Of a DNA stretch of 64,000 nt, positions 8,386-17,737 are shown in pieces. The position numbers were made by a program, and so were the translations under genes. Every line of letters begins with the position of its first letter. Position 1 is the first letter of the stretch. The notes below the pieces were generated by a model, which was not told the origin of the DNA, searched no databases, and saw nothing but the letters and a program-made list of their open reading frames with translations. The stretch comes from Candidatus Saccharimonadia bacterium (GTDB taxonomy: Bacteria; Patescibacteriota; Saccharimonadia; UBA4664; JBBRNT01). The stretch lies in assembly GCA_038230095.1 (NCBI GenBank), contig JBBRNT010000001.1, forward strand, positions 48,848-112,847, read 5' to 3'.

Positions 8386-9777
8386 ATGCAGACATTGTTA
8401 CGACGCGTACGACCACTCCCCTATCTAGTTCTCAAGCATTGGCGTGGGCTCGCGGGCGCACTGCTCCTATTCGGCTTTTTCTTTATCATTTGCGTGGGCC
8501 GGCTCGACCCAGACTTCGGGTGGCATCTGGCGGCCGGACGCTACATCCTGGCGCATGGCGTGCCAGCGACCGACCCGTTTAGCCTGACCATGTCGAAATT
8601 CCGCTGGGTGGACCATGAGTGGCTGCAGGACGTACTGTGGGCTGGCGTGTACCATCTGGGCGGCTACCGACTGCTTGCTGTAATGTGGGCCGCTCTCTGG
8701 ACAGCTGGTGTGCTGCTAGTCACTCGAACACGCTCCTGGGTGGTTGTAGGGCTGACGGCTGGCGTGCTAGCCCCATTTGCCGGTATACGCGCTGCCATCT
8801 GGGGGCTTTTGGGCGTGGGGCTAGTGGAGTGGCTAGTAGCAAGCAAATGGCGCCAGCGCTATGTGGCAATTATTGGTTTGTTTCTTATCTGGGCCAATGT
8901 GCATGCCAGCTTTGTATTTGGCCTGGGCGTGCTGGGTCTGGGTGTGGTTATGGACCGGGCCAAGGACCGCCGCCTGGTCTGGGCGACTGGACTCGCGGTG
9001 CTGGCTTCTCTTCTGAATCCCTATGGCTGGCAGGTGTATCTGGAGGTGTGGCGGACAGCATCGGATAGGCAGCTAGCCGGCCGAGTGTTTGAGTGGGCGC
9101 CCAATGCGCTGCGGCCGGCCTACCTGGTATTTGTACTGCTCCTGGTCTGCTTAGTTCTGTCGCTGGAGGGCTGGCGGAGCTGGAGGCGCTATCTGGTGGC
9201 AGGACTAACGCTGGTGATGAGCCTAGTTTCTATGCGTCATACTGTCCTGTTTGTAGCGGCTAGCTCGCGCCACCTTGGCCGACTATACCGAGTGGCAGCC
9301 AACAAGCTCCGTGGACGGCTACAACTGGCTTTTGTAGCTAAATATACCCTGGTGGTGGCAGTGATCCTGCCCACCGTACTAGGCTCCCAGTTGCGGTATG
9401 ACCGAGAAAGCCACTACGCTGGGAGGTATGTAGCGTATGCGCAGGACCATCCGTGTGCCGGTAACGTCTTTACCACCTATGACAATAATGGCTATCTCAT
9501 CTGGAAACTACCTGGCTTCCGGAGCTACATAGATGGGCGTATGCCCAGCTGGAAGGACGGCGAGGGTAAAATATTTGATCGTTACCTTCGGGTTTTTAAC
9601 GACCCTACCTATCGAGACCTGGAGTTTCGGCGCTTTAATATTGCTTGTGTGGTGGTACTCCAGGTTGATGAATCGCTAACGCACCGGATACAGGAGCAAT
9701 TCTTTGCAGATCTACGAGCGCAGGGCTGGCAGGACATTCCCGCTATGGGTAGTTACGTGGTGCTCGCACGGCCATAA
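8386..9777 (+). CDS. polytopic membrane protein, possibly a GT-C-fold glycosyltransferase-like enzyme
   Basis: About 11 TM helices are present. An early loop has the DPF...WVDHEW acidic motif. There is a C-terminal soluble domain. The track ORF start at 8236 overlaps the tRNA, so ATG 8386 is used; it is preceded by a tataat box. Confidence 0.4.
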   Translation: MQTLLRRVRPLPYLVLKHWRGLAGALLLFGFFFIICVGRLDPDFGWHLAAGRYILAHGVPATDPFSLTMSKFRWVDHEWLQDVLWAGVYHLGGYRLLAVMWAALWTAGVLLVTRTRSWVVVGLTAGVLAPFAGIRAAIWGLLGVGLVEWLVASKWRQRYVAIIGLFLIWANVHASFVFGLGVLGLGVVMDRAKDRRLVWATGLAVLASLLNPYGWQVYLEVWRTASDRQLAGRVFEWAPNALRPAYLVFVLLLVCLVLSLEGWRSWRRYLVAGLTLVMSLVSMRHTVLFVAASSRHLGRLYRVAANKLRGRLQLAFVAKYTLVVAVILPTVLGSQLRYDRESHYAGRYVAYAQDHPCAGNVFTTYDNNGYLIWKLPGFRSYIDGRMPSWKDGEGKIFDRYLRVFNDPTYRDLEFRRFNIACVVVLQVDESLTHRIQEQFFADLRAQGWQDIPAMGSYVVLARP

Positions 9778-9783
9778 GAGAGC

Positions 9784-10725
9784 CTAGGGCGTACCGGTCT
9801 GTAACTGTTTAATGAACCCGGCCTGTTCGGTGGCCTTTTCTGTCTGACCCAGATCATTCTCGGCCTGTTGAAGGAGTTGATGGAGCTGGATATTGGCAGG
9901 ATCGCTAGTGACCGCGGCAATAAGGCGATCGGCGGTGATCTGGAGCTCGGCCGGGCTATACCTGTAGCGGGCTAGGCGGATTGTAGCCTCGAGCCGAATA
10001 GACTCACTGTTTGGCGAAGACACGGCTCCCACTGCCCTCTCTGCGCTGCGTAGGAGCTCGCCATTGGCCAGAACAACTGCCAGCTGGTATTTACCGCTCT
10101 CGGCATACGCAAGCGTTTTACGGGCCTCTAGGCTGGTTAGATTGGCAGCTAAGGTGTGGAGCTCGGTAGTTCTATCGGCTATCAGGTAGGCTAGGCCGAG
10201 CTGGAACTGCGCACTACTATCCCCTACCCCATCCGATACGGCGGCCTCGGCGGCCATCACGCTGTCTCGGGAGCGATTGAGCTCGAGGAAGATGCGGGAC
10301 TCTAGGGTGGAAGCCTTGGCACTAGATTGCCGAGCGAGCAGGCTTGTTATGGTACCCAGCGCCAGATCTGGCTTATCGGCGGCCAGTTGAATCTGGGCTT
10401 GCCGATAGCCGGTGGTAGTAATTGGCAGGCGCCTCAGGGTGGTGAGCGCATTGTCGACCAGGCCGAGCTGGAGGTACTTCTCGGCCAGGGCAGTAATGTA
10501 TTCTGGCTTCTCGGGAGCCAACACATTGGCGTAGCGGTAGTTTAGCGCGGCTTGGGTGGCATCGCTGGCACTATCCCCTGCTCCGGCAAAGGCGGCGGCA
10601 CGGCTGAGGCGCCAGGGATTGAGCGCAACACAGCCAGCGGCTAGGATGACCACAATGCCTCCGATTATCAGGAGGGTGCGGCGGCTAGGGCGTTTGAGCG
10701 TAGGCTTCCAGTGCTTCATTAGCAC
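9784..10725 (-). CDS. membrane-anchored TPR-like repeat protein
   Basis: An N-terminal TM segment (LLIIGGIVVILAAGCVAL) is followed by repeated helical Ala/Leu-rich modules. Confidence 0.45.
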   Translation of the reverse strand: MLMKHWKPTLKRPSRRTLLIIGGIVVILAAGCVALNPWRLSRAAAFAGAGDSASDATQAALNYRYANVLAPEKPEYITALAEKYLQLGLVDNALTTLRRLPITTTGYRQAQIQLAADKPDLALGTITSLLARQSSAKASTLESRIFLELNRSRDSVMAAEAAVSDGVGDSSAQFQLGLAYLIADRTTELHTLAANLTSLEARKTLAYAESGKYQLAVVLANGELLRSAERAVGAVSSPNSESIRLEATIRLARYRYSPAELQITADRLIAAVTSDPANIQLHQLLQQAENDLGQTEKATEQAGFIKQLQTGTP

Positions 10726-10773
10726 TGATGGTAGCAGTTACGCGGGGGCATTTCGAGCGCAACGGGTGTGGCG

Positions 10774-13326
10774 CTAGCCAACGGAAGCGATTTGTTCAGC
10801 GAGCTTGGTAGCTATAAGTGATGCCTCGGCCTTGCGCGCCATAGTTTGCTCACGGATATGATCTGGGAGGCGGTCGTTTGCTAGCTGCTTATCGAGCTTT
10901 TCCAGATAGGCGGTTTTTTCGGCTAGTTCTGATTGCAGCCTAGATTTGTAGTCGTCGATGCTAGATTTCTCAATATCGAGCCAGGCATTGGGGCCGGCGT
11001 AGTTAATAGCCAGGCCCTTGCCTTTCTCGGAGTATTCGAGTGAGCCTAGCTTGGCTAGGCCCTGAATAATATCGGCGTTCTCTCCTATTAGCTCCTTTGA
11101 GGAATGAACCAACTTTGGCTTTGCTAAGCCAAGAGCTATAGACTGGATACGGATGGCTGAGACCAAATCAATGATTGTTTGGAAGGTTTTGGCGTCGGCA
11201 GGGTATGACTTCCCTGTCTCAGGCCAGGCGGATACAATTAGATTTTGCTTTTGCCAAGCCATTTGCTGCCAGATTGCCTCGGTCACGAACGGGGCTATGG
11301 GATGGGCGAGCTTTAATATTGTCTCGAGGCAGTGGGCGAGAACATCTATATTCGTTTCAGCTTTGCTAGCCTCAATGTACCAGTCGGCAAAGTCGTTCCA
11401 CAGCAGGGAATAAACAGCCTGGCCCGCCTCAGAGAAGCGATAGCCCTCTATGTCTTTGGTGATCTGCTTGGTAGCGCCTGCCAGCTTAGTCAGGATCCAT
11501 TTATCGGCAAGCGACTTTGGTTCGGGAGCAGTGGGGGAGTAGTTCTCTGGGAGCTTCTCGATAATGAAGCGGGCCACGTTCCAGAGCTTGTTGCAGAAAT
11601 TGCGATAGCCCTCGATCTTTTCGACAGATAGGGAGCCCCCGGTACCGGGAGTGACACCAATGGTAAGGGCTAGTCGCAGGGCGTCAGTGCCGTACTTCGA
11701 GGTCATTTCGAGAGGATTGATGACATTGCCCTTGGACTTGGACATTTTTTTGCCAGCCGCATCATTGACAGTGCCCCAGAGGTAGACGTCTTTGAACGGT
11801 ACCTGGCCGGTGCGATAAATGCCAAACATGATCATGCGTGTCACCCACAGGTAGAGGATGTCGCGGGCGGTGGCCATGACTGAGGTAGGGTAGAACTGGT
11901 CGAAGTCGCCGGTGGCCATGAGGGTGGCGTAGGGCCATTGACCAGATGAGAACCAGGTGTCGAACACATCGGTTTCGGCCTCGTAGCCGCCCGGGCCATA
12001 GGTCTTGATAGCCTCGGCCTCATCAGTTGCCACGATGTACTCAGGTAGGGAAGTGTCGGTGGTGGCATTGTAGTAGATAGGGATGTGGATGCCAAACCAG
12101 TTCTGGCGACTAATGTTCCAGTCGTGCAGGTTCTCGAGCCAATCTATAGCCTGCTTCTTGAAGCGCGTAGGGTAGAACTGGATCTCATCTGACTGGATGG
12201 CAGCAATGGCCGGCTTTTTGAGCTTATCCACCTTCAACCACCACTGATCTGTCACGAGGGGCTCAATGAGCGTACCGCAGCGATCATGGAAGGCGACAGA
12301 GTGGGAATAGTTCATATCCACATGGTCCATGAGGCCACGTTCCTGGAGATCGTGGGCGGTAGCGGCGCGAGCGTCGGCGACAGTCATGCCGGCGTACTTG
12401 CCTGCTAATGAGGTAAGGAGGCCGTCGGTACCAATGACTTGCTTTACTTCCAGATGATGGCGCTGGCCCATCTCCCAGTCGTTGGGGTCGTGGGCAGGGG
12501 TGACCTTGACCACACCGGTGCCGAACTCTGGAGCGACAAAATCGTCGCCGATGACCTGGAACTTCACAGGCCCGAGTAGGTCTTCGGCCTGAATGGTGGT
12601 GCCGATGAGCTTGTTGTATCTGTCGTCCTTAGGATTGACGGCAATAGCCGTATCACCGAACTTGGTCTCGGGGCGGACGGTGGCGATGACAAATGGGCCG
12701 TACTTGATGTAATAGAGGGGATCGAGCTGCTCGCGGTACTTCAGCTCAATGTCGGAGAAGCTCGAGCGGCAGTGGGGGCACCAGTTCACAATCCGGGCAC
12801 CGCGGTAGATAAGGCCGTCTGCGTGCATGCGGCGGAACGTCTCGTAGACGGTAGTAAGGATGTCTGCATCGAGGGTGAACTGGAACTTGGACCAATCCAC
12901 GCTGAAGCCAAGGCTGCGTAGCTGGGTGGTGACATTGCCCATATTTTGCTTGGTAAATGCCAACGCAGCGTCGTAGAAAGGCTCGCGGCCCAGATCAAAC
13001 CGGCTTTTACCCTCGGCAGCCAGGACGCGCTCGTAGACCACCTGGGTCTCGATACCGGCGTGGTCGGCACCCGGGAGCCAGAGGGTCGGGCGGCCTTGCA
13101 TGCGGGCATAACGAGCAAGAACGTCTTCCACCAGGTACATGGCGTGGCCAGCATGGAGATTGCCATTGGCGTTGGGCGGGGGCATAATGATAGAAAATGG
13201 CTCTACAGAGCCCTTACCAGCACGTAAAGCAGCATTGCCCTCCGGCGTAAAGGCGCCGGACTTTTCCCAGAGATGGTAAATGTCGGCTTCGTATTTGCTT
13301 GGATCGTAGGCTTTATCGAGTGGCAT
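10774..13326 (-). CDS. valS: valine--tRNA ligase
   Basis: The class I aaRS motifs are PPPNANGNLHAGHA and KMSKS. The length (850 aa) and the C-terminal coiled-coil are typical of ValRS. Confidence 0.9.
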   Translation of the reverse strand: MPLDKAYDPSKYEADIYHLWEKSGAFTPEGNAALRAGKGSVEPFSIIMPPPNANGNLHAGHAMYLVEDVLARYARMQGRPTLWLPGADHAGIETQVVYERVLAAEGKSRFDLGREPFYDAALAFTKQNMGNVTTQLRSLGFSVDWSKFQFTLDADILTTVYETFRRMHADGLIYRGARIVNWCPHCRSSFSDIELKYREQLDPLYYIKYGPFVIATVRPETKFGDTAIAVNPKDDRYNKLIGTTIQAEDLLGPVKFQVIGDDFVAPEFGTGVVKVTPAHDPNDWEMGQRHHLEVKQVIGTDGLLTSLAGKYAGMTVADARAATAHDLQERGLMDHVDMNYSHSVAFHDRCGTLIEPLVTDQWWLKVDKLKKPAIAAIQSDEIQFYPTRFKKQAIDWLENLHDWNISRQNWFGIHIPIYYNATTDTSLPEYIVATDEAEAIKTYGPGGYEAETDVFDTWFSSGQWPYATLMATGDFDQFYPTSVMATARDILYLWVTRMIMFGIYRTGQVPFKDVYLWGTVNDAAGKKMSKSKGNVINPLEMTSKYGTDALRLALTIGVTPGTGGSLSVEKIEGYRNFCNKLWNVARFIIEKLPENYSPTAPEPKSLADKWILTKLAGATKQITKDIEGYRFSEAGQAVYSLLWNDFADWYIEASKAETNIDVLAHCLETILKLAHPIAPFVTEAIWQQMAWQKQNLIVSAWPETGKSYPADAKTFQTIIDLVSAIRIQSIALGLAKPKLVHSSKELIGENADIIQGLAKLGSLEYSEKGKGLAINYAGPNAWLDIEKSSIDDYKSRLQSELAEKTAYLEKLDKQLANDRLPDHIREQTMARKAEASLIATKLAEQIASVG

Positions 13327-14009
13327 GATACCGAAATTCTAGCTCAGTGGAGCCAATCTGTCGACTCACACGGCGTCTTGCCTGGCGCGCACAAGCCCAG
13401 CCTATGATTATTAGATGTGCCTGTTTTGTTCGATTGGGCATTTGTTCCTTGAGCGTAGCGAACGACCATAAAATTTTTACGCGAAGGGGAAATGGAGGAG
13501 TACTATCCACCTCCCTCCCATTTCATCTATGACCTATTCTGCTAGTCCGAGAATTCCTTTCTCCTCTTTCTTGGTACCTTTGTGACTCCAAAAGTACCCA
13601 AAACCAAGCGAGACAACGAGCGACAAAGCTCGACTCACTCGCTTTGTCCCACCGTACTCATGCTCACTGACGCTGTATTTTTTCGATGTTTGAGCAAATC
13701 AGGGGTGGACGGAAGGGGATATGGCAGCGAGACGCGCCTGAATACCGAACATAACGGGTGTGGGAGGGGCGAACGGCATAAGCGCTTTGACCTAAACATT
13801 TCACGATTCAGAATTATGGCTTAAGCACGCTAGAAAAGTGGCGGTCTGAATTGATTATGTTTTTGGCGTGAGTTTGCGTATTTTCAATTTGAGGGCTTAG
13901 CCGAACATACCACTTATGCTAATCCCGAACGCTACATTGGCTCTTGATGGGCTTTCATGAAGAGGATTATGGCTTAAGGACTGCAGAAAGTAGTGAGTCA
14001 GAAAGAAAA

Positions 14010-14036
14010 GCCCCCACTGGGTAGTGGGGGCTGGCC
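14010..14036 (-). terminator. terminator for the minus-strand operon 14794->14046 (cccccactacccagtggggg + T-rich)
   Basis: An 8-bp perfect stem is followed on the minus strand by cttttctttc. Confidence 0.6.
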
Positions 14037-14045
14037 GCAATGTGG

Positions 14046-14312
14046 CTAGGACGTGGCAGGCTCGCTGGCCTGCACGAGGTCGATTACTTGGCCACAGAGT
14101 GCTCCAAAGGTCTGGCAGCTGCCAATACTCGTTCCGGTAACGGTGATGCGGAAGAGGCCAGAGAACTCGACCGAAAGCAACCTACCCTGCTGATAACTGT
14201 AGCCTAGGCCATGGTTACCGAGGGGTGTCTCATCGGTTGCTGTCTCGGGATCGATCATGTACAGATCACCGAGGAGACCAAGCAGCTTGGACCGTATCTC
14301 GCCGGCCGTCAT
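14046..14312 (-). CDS. hypothetical small protein (88 aa), ATGA-coupled to the upstream gene
   Basis: The ORF overlaps the upstream gene by 4 nt. It has no recognisable family. Confidence 0.4.
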   Translation of the reverse strand: MTAGEIRSKLLGLLGDLYMIDPETATDETPLGNHGLGYSYQQGRLLSVEFSGLFRITVTGTSIGSCQTFGALCGQVIDLVQASEPATS

Positions 14313-14794
14313 GGGCGGACGCCCATTGCGCTCAGAGCAAGGTTGTCGATGTGACGCTTGATCACAAGTGCTCGCAGACTTGCATAGTCGTTGGCAGGTA
14401 GGAAGCTGAAAAAGAAGTCGAAGAAGCTATTGCCCCACTGCTTGCCCTCGGCATCGATAGTAAAAAGCAGTGGATAGGCGGCCAAGCTCTCGATCGGCCG
14501 CAGCCTACTGGTGACCGTGTAAGTCCGGTTGGGGATGTTACAGGCGATGGCATATGGGCTCTCCCACACCCGATCGTGTTCGACATGGCCTTCTCGGCTC
14601 CAGACGGCCAACTGCAAAAGGATAATCTCAGCAAAGCTGCTACGCGTGATGGACTCGTCGATCACGGCCAGAAACACGGTGTAACCACCGACCTGTGGCT
14701 GCTGCGCGAGCCGGTTGCGAACCTCGCGGGCGAGGCTGAGTGCGGCGTCACGTCGGGTGTCGGGCCTTTCGGCGGGGGTAGTGGTGTCGGACAT
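14309..14794 (-). CDS. hypothetical acidic protein (161 aa), paralog of 15259..15765
   Basis: It shares motifs with the 168-aa protein: RL.Q...TVF..V.E...FE, W.......VW and VT..L.P...LAA.P. Confidence 0.5.
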   Translation of the reverse strand: MSDTTTPAERPDTRRDAALSLAREVRNRLAQQPQVGGYTVFLAVIDESITRSSFAEIILLQLAVWSREGHVEHDRVWESPYAIACNIPNRTYTVTSRLRPIESLAAYPLLFTIDAEGKQWGNSFFDFFFSFLPANDYASLRALVIKRHIDNLALSAMGVRP

Positions 14795-14989
14795 GTGCTT
14801 CTCTTCTCGGTTGGTGAGTGGGGACGGGCCGTATTATGCCATAAGCAATTGAGTCTGTCGATATCGAAAAACCCCACCGAGGCGGGGTTTCCGTAATCGG
14901 TGGGGCGTGGGTGCATCTAGGACTGGTGGGGCTGTGGCTCGGTAGTCACTGGTGTCTGTGGGGGCGAAGTGGATGGTACGGCAAGGGGG

Positions 14990-15262
14990 TTAATTTGTGC
15001 TCGCACCGGTGTTGCTGTTACGCGCTTGGTGACGTGAGCGGGACCGGCAAGCTAGGTGGATGAGGTAGCTTGCACAGTACATGAAGGCGATGTACAACGT
15101 GCCTCGGGTAGCAGTGGAGTTGCGGATATGCTCCGGCCCAGTGCGGAGCGAGATTATGACCCCCATGGTAGTAGCGAGAGTGGCGAGCCACATGAAGGTT
15201 ACTACGGCGTATTGGGCAGTTGTAAACCGAGGACGGTACTCCCTTGTGGGCTGTTGGCTCAT
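14990..15262 (-). CDS. hypothetical small membrane protein (90 aa, 2 TM), ATGA-coupled to the upstream gene
   Basis: Two hydrophobic helices are present and the ORF overlaps the upstream gene by 4 nt. Confidence 0.4.
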   Translation of the reverse strand: MSQQPTREYRPRFTTAQYAVVTFMWLATLATTMGVIISLRTGPEHIRNSTATRGTLYIAFMYCASYLIHLACRSRSRHQARNSNTGASTN

Positions 15263-15765
15263 GCTCTGACCTGCCTGTTGCCAGAGTCGCGCTGCGCCAT
15301 CTCTTGGTACATGGTAAGGATGGTCATGGCCGGGTTGGATTCCTCGAACGTGAGGTAGCCGTTCAGCAGATACAGTAAGAAGCTGCCACTGGCTAGCTCT
15401 CCGGTGTAAGGAGAAAATGGGCAGAAGGGGGTTTCCGCGGCGAGCTGGTCCAGCGGGAGAAGCTGGTAGGTGACGTGCCTAGCGCGCTGCGCATAGTCGG
15501 TGGCGCGCGTGACGGTCCAGACCTGTAGGTCACTGTCTTCGCTCCAGTCGGCAATAAGACTGAGAAGGGTGGTGGCGTCCTCGCCCTCGATCACGTTTGG
15601 GAGCTCGAACAGCCCCTCGCCTAGTGCGGCTTCGACCACACTGCAGAACACGGTGTTGACGTCCGGTGACGTGGTGGACTGGTGGAGACGGCGTGTGAGT
15701 GCCTGGATGAGGCCACGCGCAACCATGGTCTGGGTAACGCGAGAATCGGTGGAATTGTCGGACAT
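15259..15765 (-). CDS. hypothetical acidic protein (168 aa), paralog of 14309..14794
   Basis: See the paralog motifs above. Confidence 0.5.
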   Translation of the reverse strand: MSDNSTDSRVTQTMVARGLIQALTRRLHQSTTSPDVNTVFCSVVEAALGEGLFELPNVIEGEDATTLLSLIADWSEDSDLQVWTVTRATDYAQRARHVTYQLLPLDQLAAETPFCPFSPYTGELASGSFLLYLLNGYLTFEESNPAMTILTMYQEMAQRDSGNRQVRA

Positions 15766-15861
15766 GGAGCGCCTATGGCTTTCTTAATAGGGAATAGGAT
15801 GGCTGGATTATGCCACGGACTGGGCAGAAAGTCCAGCTCTCCCTGATAGCCAGAGAATAAG

Positions 15862-16893
15862 TCAAACAGGCAGACTAGGGTCTGTCACAAGGGCATCTGG
15901 AGCCACTACGAGGCCCGCTAGCGCATGATGATAGCCGAGGGAGGCAATCATGGCTGCATTGTCGGTACACAGCGCCATGGGTGCGTAGTGCATGGCCACG
16001 GGCAGACGGCGACTGGCCTCGTCCCTGAGCGCTTGGTTAGCGGCCACGCCACCTGCTATGACCACGGTGGCGGGGGAGTGCTTGTGATAAGCCTGAACCA
16101 ATCTGTCCACTAGTGTCTCGGCTACCGTTTGCTGGAAGCTCGCGGCTACGTCGTAGATCTGTTGCTCAGATAGCGTCTCGGCTAGGGTAAACGAGGGGGC
16201 AGTGTAGTCCTTTCCGGCTAGTTCCTGGCACTTGCGTAGCACAGAGGTCTTGAGGCCGGAGAAACTGAAGTCTAGCGAATCTGGGCCCAGATTGGCCTTG
16301 GGGAACTTATAGGCAGTGACATTCCCTTTGAGTGCGGCGGCGCCAATCTTGGGGCCGCCTGGGTAGGCCATGCCCAAGATGCGGGCGACCTTATCAAAGG
16401 CTTCGCCAGCGGCATCATCAATAGTAGAGCCGAGCAGCTCATAGTCCAGATAGTCCCGGAAAAGTAACAGATGGGAGTGGTTGCCGGAGGCTGATAGCGA
16501 AAGGAGTGGAAACGTAATTTCCTGGTCAATGAGCATATTGGCGTAGGTGTGAGCCACCACATGATTAATAGCGTAGAGTGGCTTTTTTTTGGCTTCGGCA
16601 AGGGTTTTTGCCGTAAGCGTGCCGATAAGGAGCGAGCCCAGCAGGCCCGGGCCAGATGTAACAGCTATGCCGTCGATGTCGTCCCAATCTGCAACCGCTT
16701 GGGCGAGTGCGTCCTTGATTACAGGCAGAATGGCCTCAATGTGGCTACGAGCGGCAATCTCTGGCACGACGCCGCCGTAGTGGGCGTGGATGTCTATCTG
16801 GGACACCAGGACGTTCGAGAGAACCTTTGTCCCATCCTCGACTACGGCCGCCGCCGTTTCATCGCAACTTGTTTCAATGCCAAGAATTTTCAT
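15862..16893 (-). CDS. tsaD: tRNA N6-adenosine threonylcarbamoyltransferase (Kae1/Gcp family)
   Basis: The N-terminus is MKILGIETSCDETAAAVV. The HxxH and GGV metal-binding region is also present. Confidence 0.9.
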   Translation of the reverse strand: MKILGIETSCDETAAAVVEDGTKVLSNVLVSQIDIHAHYGGVVPEIAARSHIEAILPVIKDALAQAVADWDDIDGIAVTSGPGLLGSLLIGTLTAKTLAEAKKKPLYAINHVVAHTYANMLIDQEITFPLLSLSASGNHSHLLLFRDYLDYELLGSTIDDAAGEAFDKVARILGMAYPGGPKIGAAALKGNVTAYKFPKANLGPDSLDFSFSGLKTSVLRKCQELAGKDYTAPSFTLAETLSEQQIYDVAASFQQTVAETLVDRLVQAYHKHSPATVVIAGGVAANQALRDEASRRLPVAMHYAPMALCTDNAAMIASLGYHHALAGLVVAPDALVTDPSLPV

Positions 16894-16947
16894 CCGGGCA
16901 AGTATAGCTGGGGCGGGTGGGTATTGTCACGGGTAAAGCAAAAGCCC

Positions 16948-16985
16948 GCCCAGAAATGAATCTGGGCGGGCTTGGTGGACGGGTG
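16948..16985 (-). terminator. terminator for gene 17579->16992 (agcccgcccagaaatgaatctgggcgggct)
   Basis: A 12-bp stem is followed on the minus strand by ttttgcttt. Confidence 0.65.
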
Positions 16986-16991
16986 GACGGA

Positions 16992-17579
16992 TCAGCCGCC
17001 GGCGTGGGGCTCGCGCCGAGCCAGGTGGGACCGACGCTCGGCGCCGAAGCTGACCATGGTGGGGTCGTCGAATTGCCAGGGTCGTTCATGCCCGTCATGG
17101 TGACGGATGGTGAAGTGCATCTGGTTGAACTCGGTGACAGTGGTGAACAGCATGGCGCAGAGCCTGCGATGGAGTTCGTCGTTCGGATCTAGAACGTCAT
17201 CGGACTCTACCGAGAACCACGTGGGAACAACCCCAACCAAGTAGGTGTCCTTGATGGTCAACTTGATCCGCGTGTCGGGCAGGTAGTAGAACATTAGCTC
17301 TCCCAGCCGATCCCACTGGTCCGGAATGAAAGGACTGGGGGCGAAGAACCTGGGATTGGTGGTCGTCCAAGCTGCGTCGATTTCGTCGCGAACGATGCGG
17401 TACTCCCGATACTGAGCACTGGCGAGTTCGAGTACTTGGTCGTACGCACTGCTGGTGTCGGCTTTGGCGGCTTCTACCCGTGCGAGCTGCTCGGGCGTGA
17501 AGGCCAACGGATCACTGAACAGGCGACGGACAGTCTCAAGGTAGTTGATGGACTGGAGGAATGTTCCGGAGTTGTGCAT
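16992..17579 (-). CDS. hypothetical protein (196 aa)
   Basis: The start is chosen at MHNSGT, which has RBS gaaagg. The track ORF extends to 17657. Confidence 0.45.
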   Translation of the reverse strand: MHNSGTFLQSINYLETVRRLFSDPLAFTPEQLARVEAAKADTSSAYDQVLELASAQYREYRIVRDEIDAAWTTTNPRFFAPSPFIPDQWDRLGELMFYYLPDTRIKLTIKDTYLVGVVPTWFSVESDDVLDPNDELHRRLCAMLFTTVTEFNQMHFTIRHHDGHERPWQFDDPTMVSFGAERRSHLARREPHAGG

Positions 17580-17699
17580 GATGCACCTTTCAGTTGTGGG
17601 CGGATTGTGAACGATCGATTTCTCGACTATTCGAGTAAACGTCACACATAGTAGCATAAGTAGTATGTATTGTCAATACCTACGATCGAGACAAAGCTA

Positions 17700-17735
17700 A
17701 AGCCCGCCCAGAATAGAATCTGGACGGGCGGGTGT
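17700..17735 (-). terminator. terminator for gene 18394->17738, same hairpin family as 16948..16985
   Basis: The hairpin gcccgcccaga...tctggacgggcggg is followed by T-rich sequence on the minus strand. Confidence 0.55.
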
Positions 17736-17737
17736 GG

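Noticed and set aside
11841-13166. Several 60-126-aa ORFs on both strands lie inside valS (for example 11841..12095 and 12786..13166).
   Set aside because: They are Pro/Ser/Ala-rich shadows of the valS frame. valS is intact and continuous.
13327-13650. A T-box riboswitch leader might lie upstream of valS.
   Set aside because: I searched both strands by eye for the T-box core (AGGGTGGNACCGCG) and specifier-loop context and found no match.
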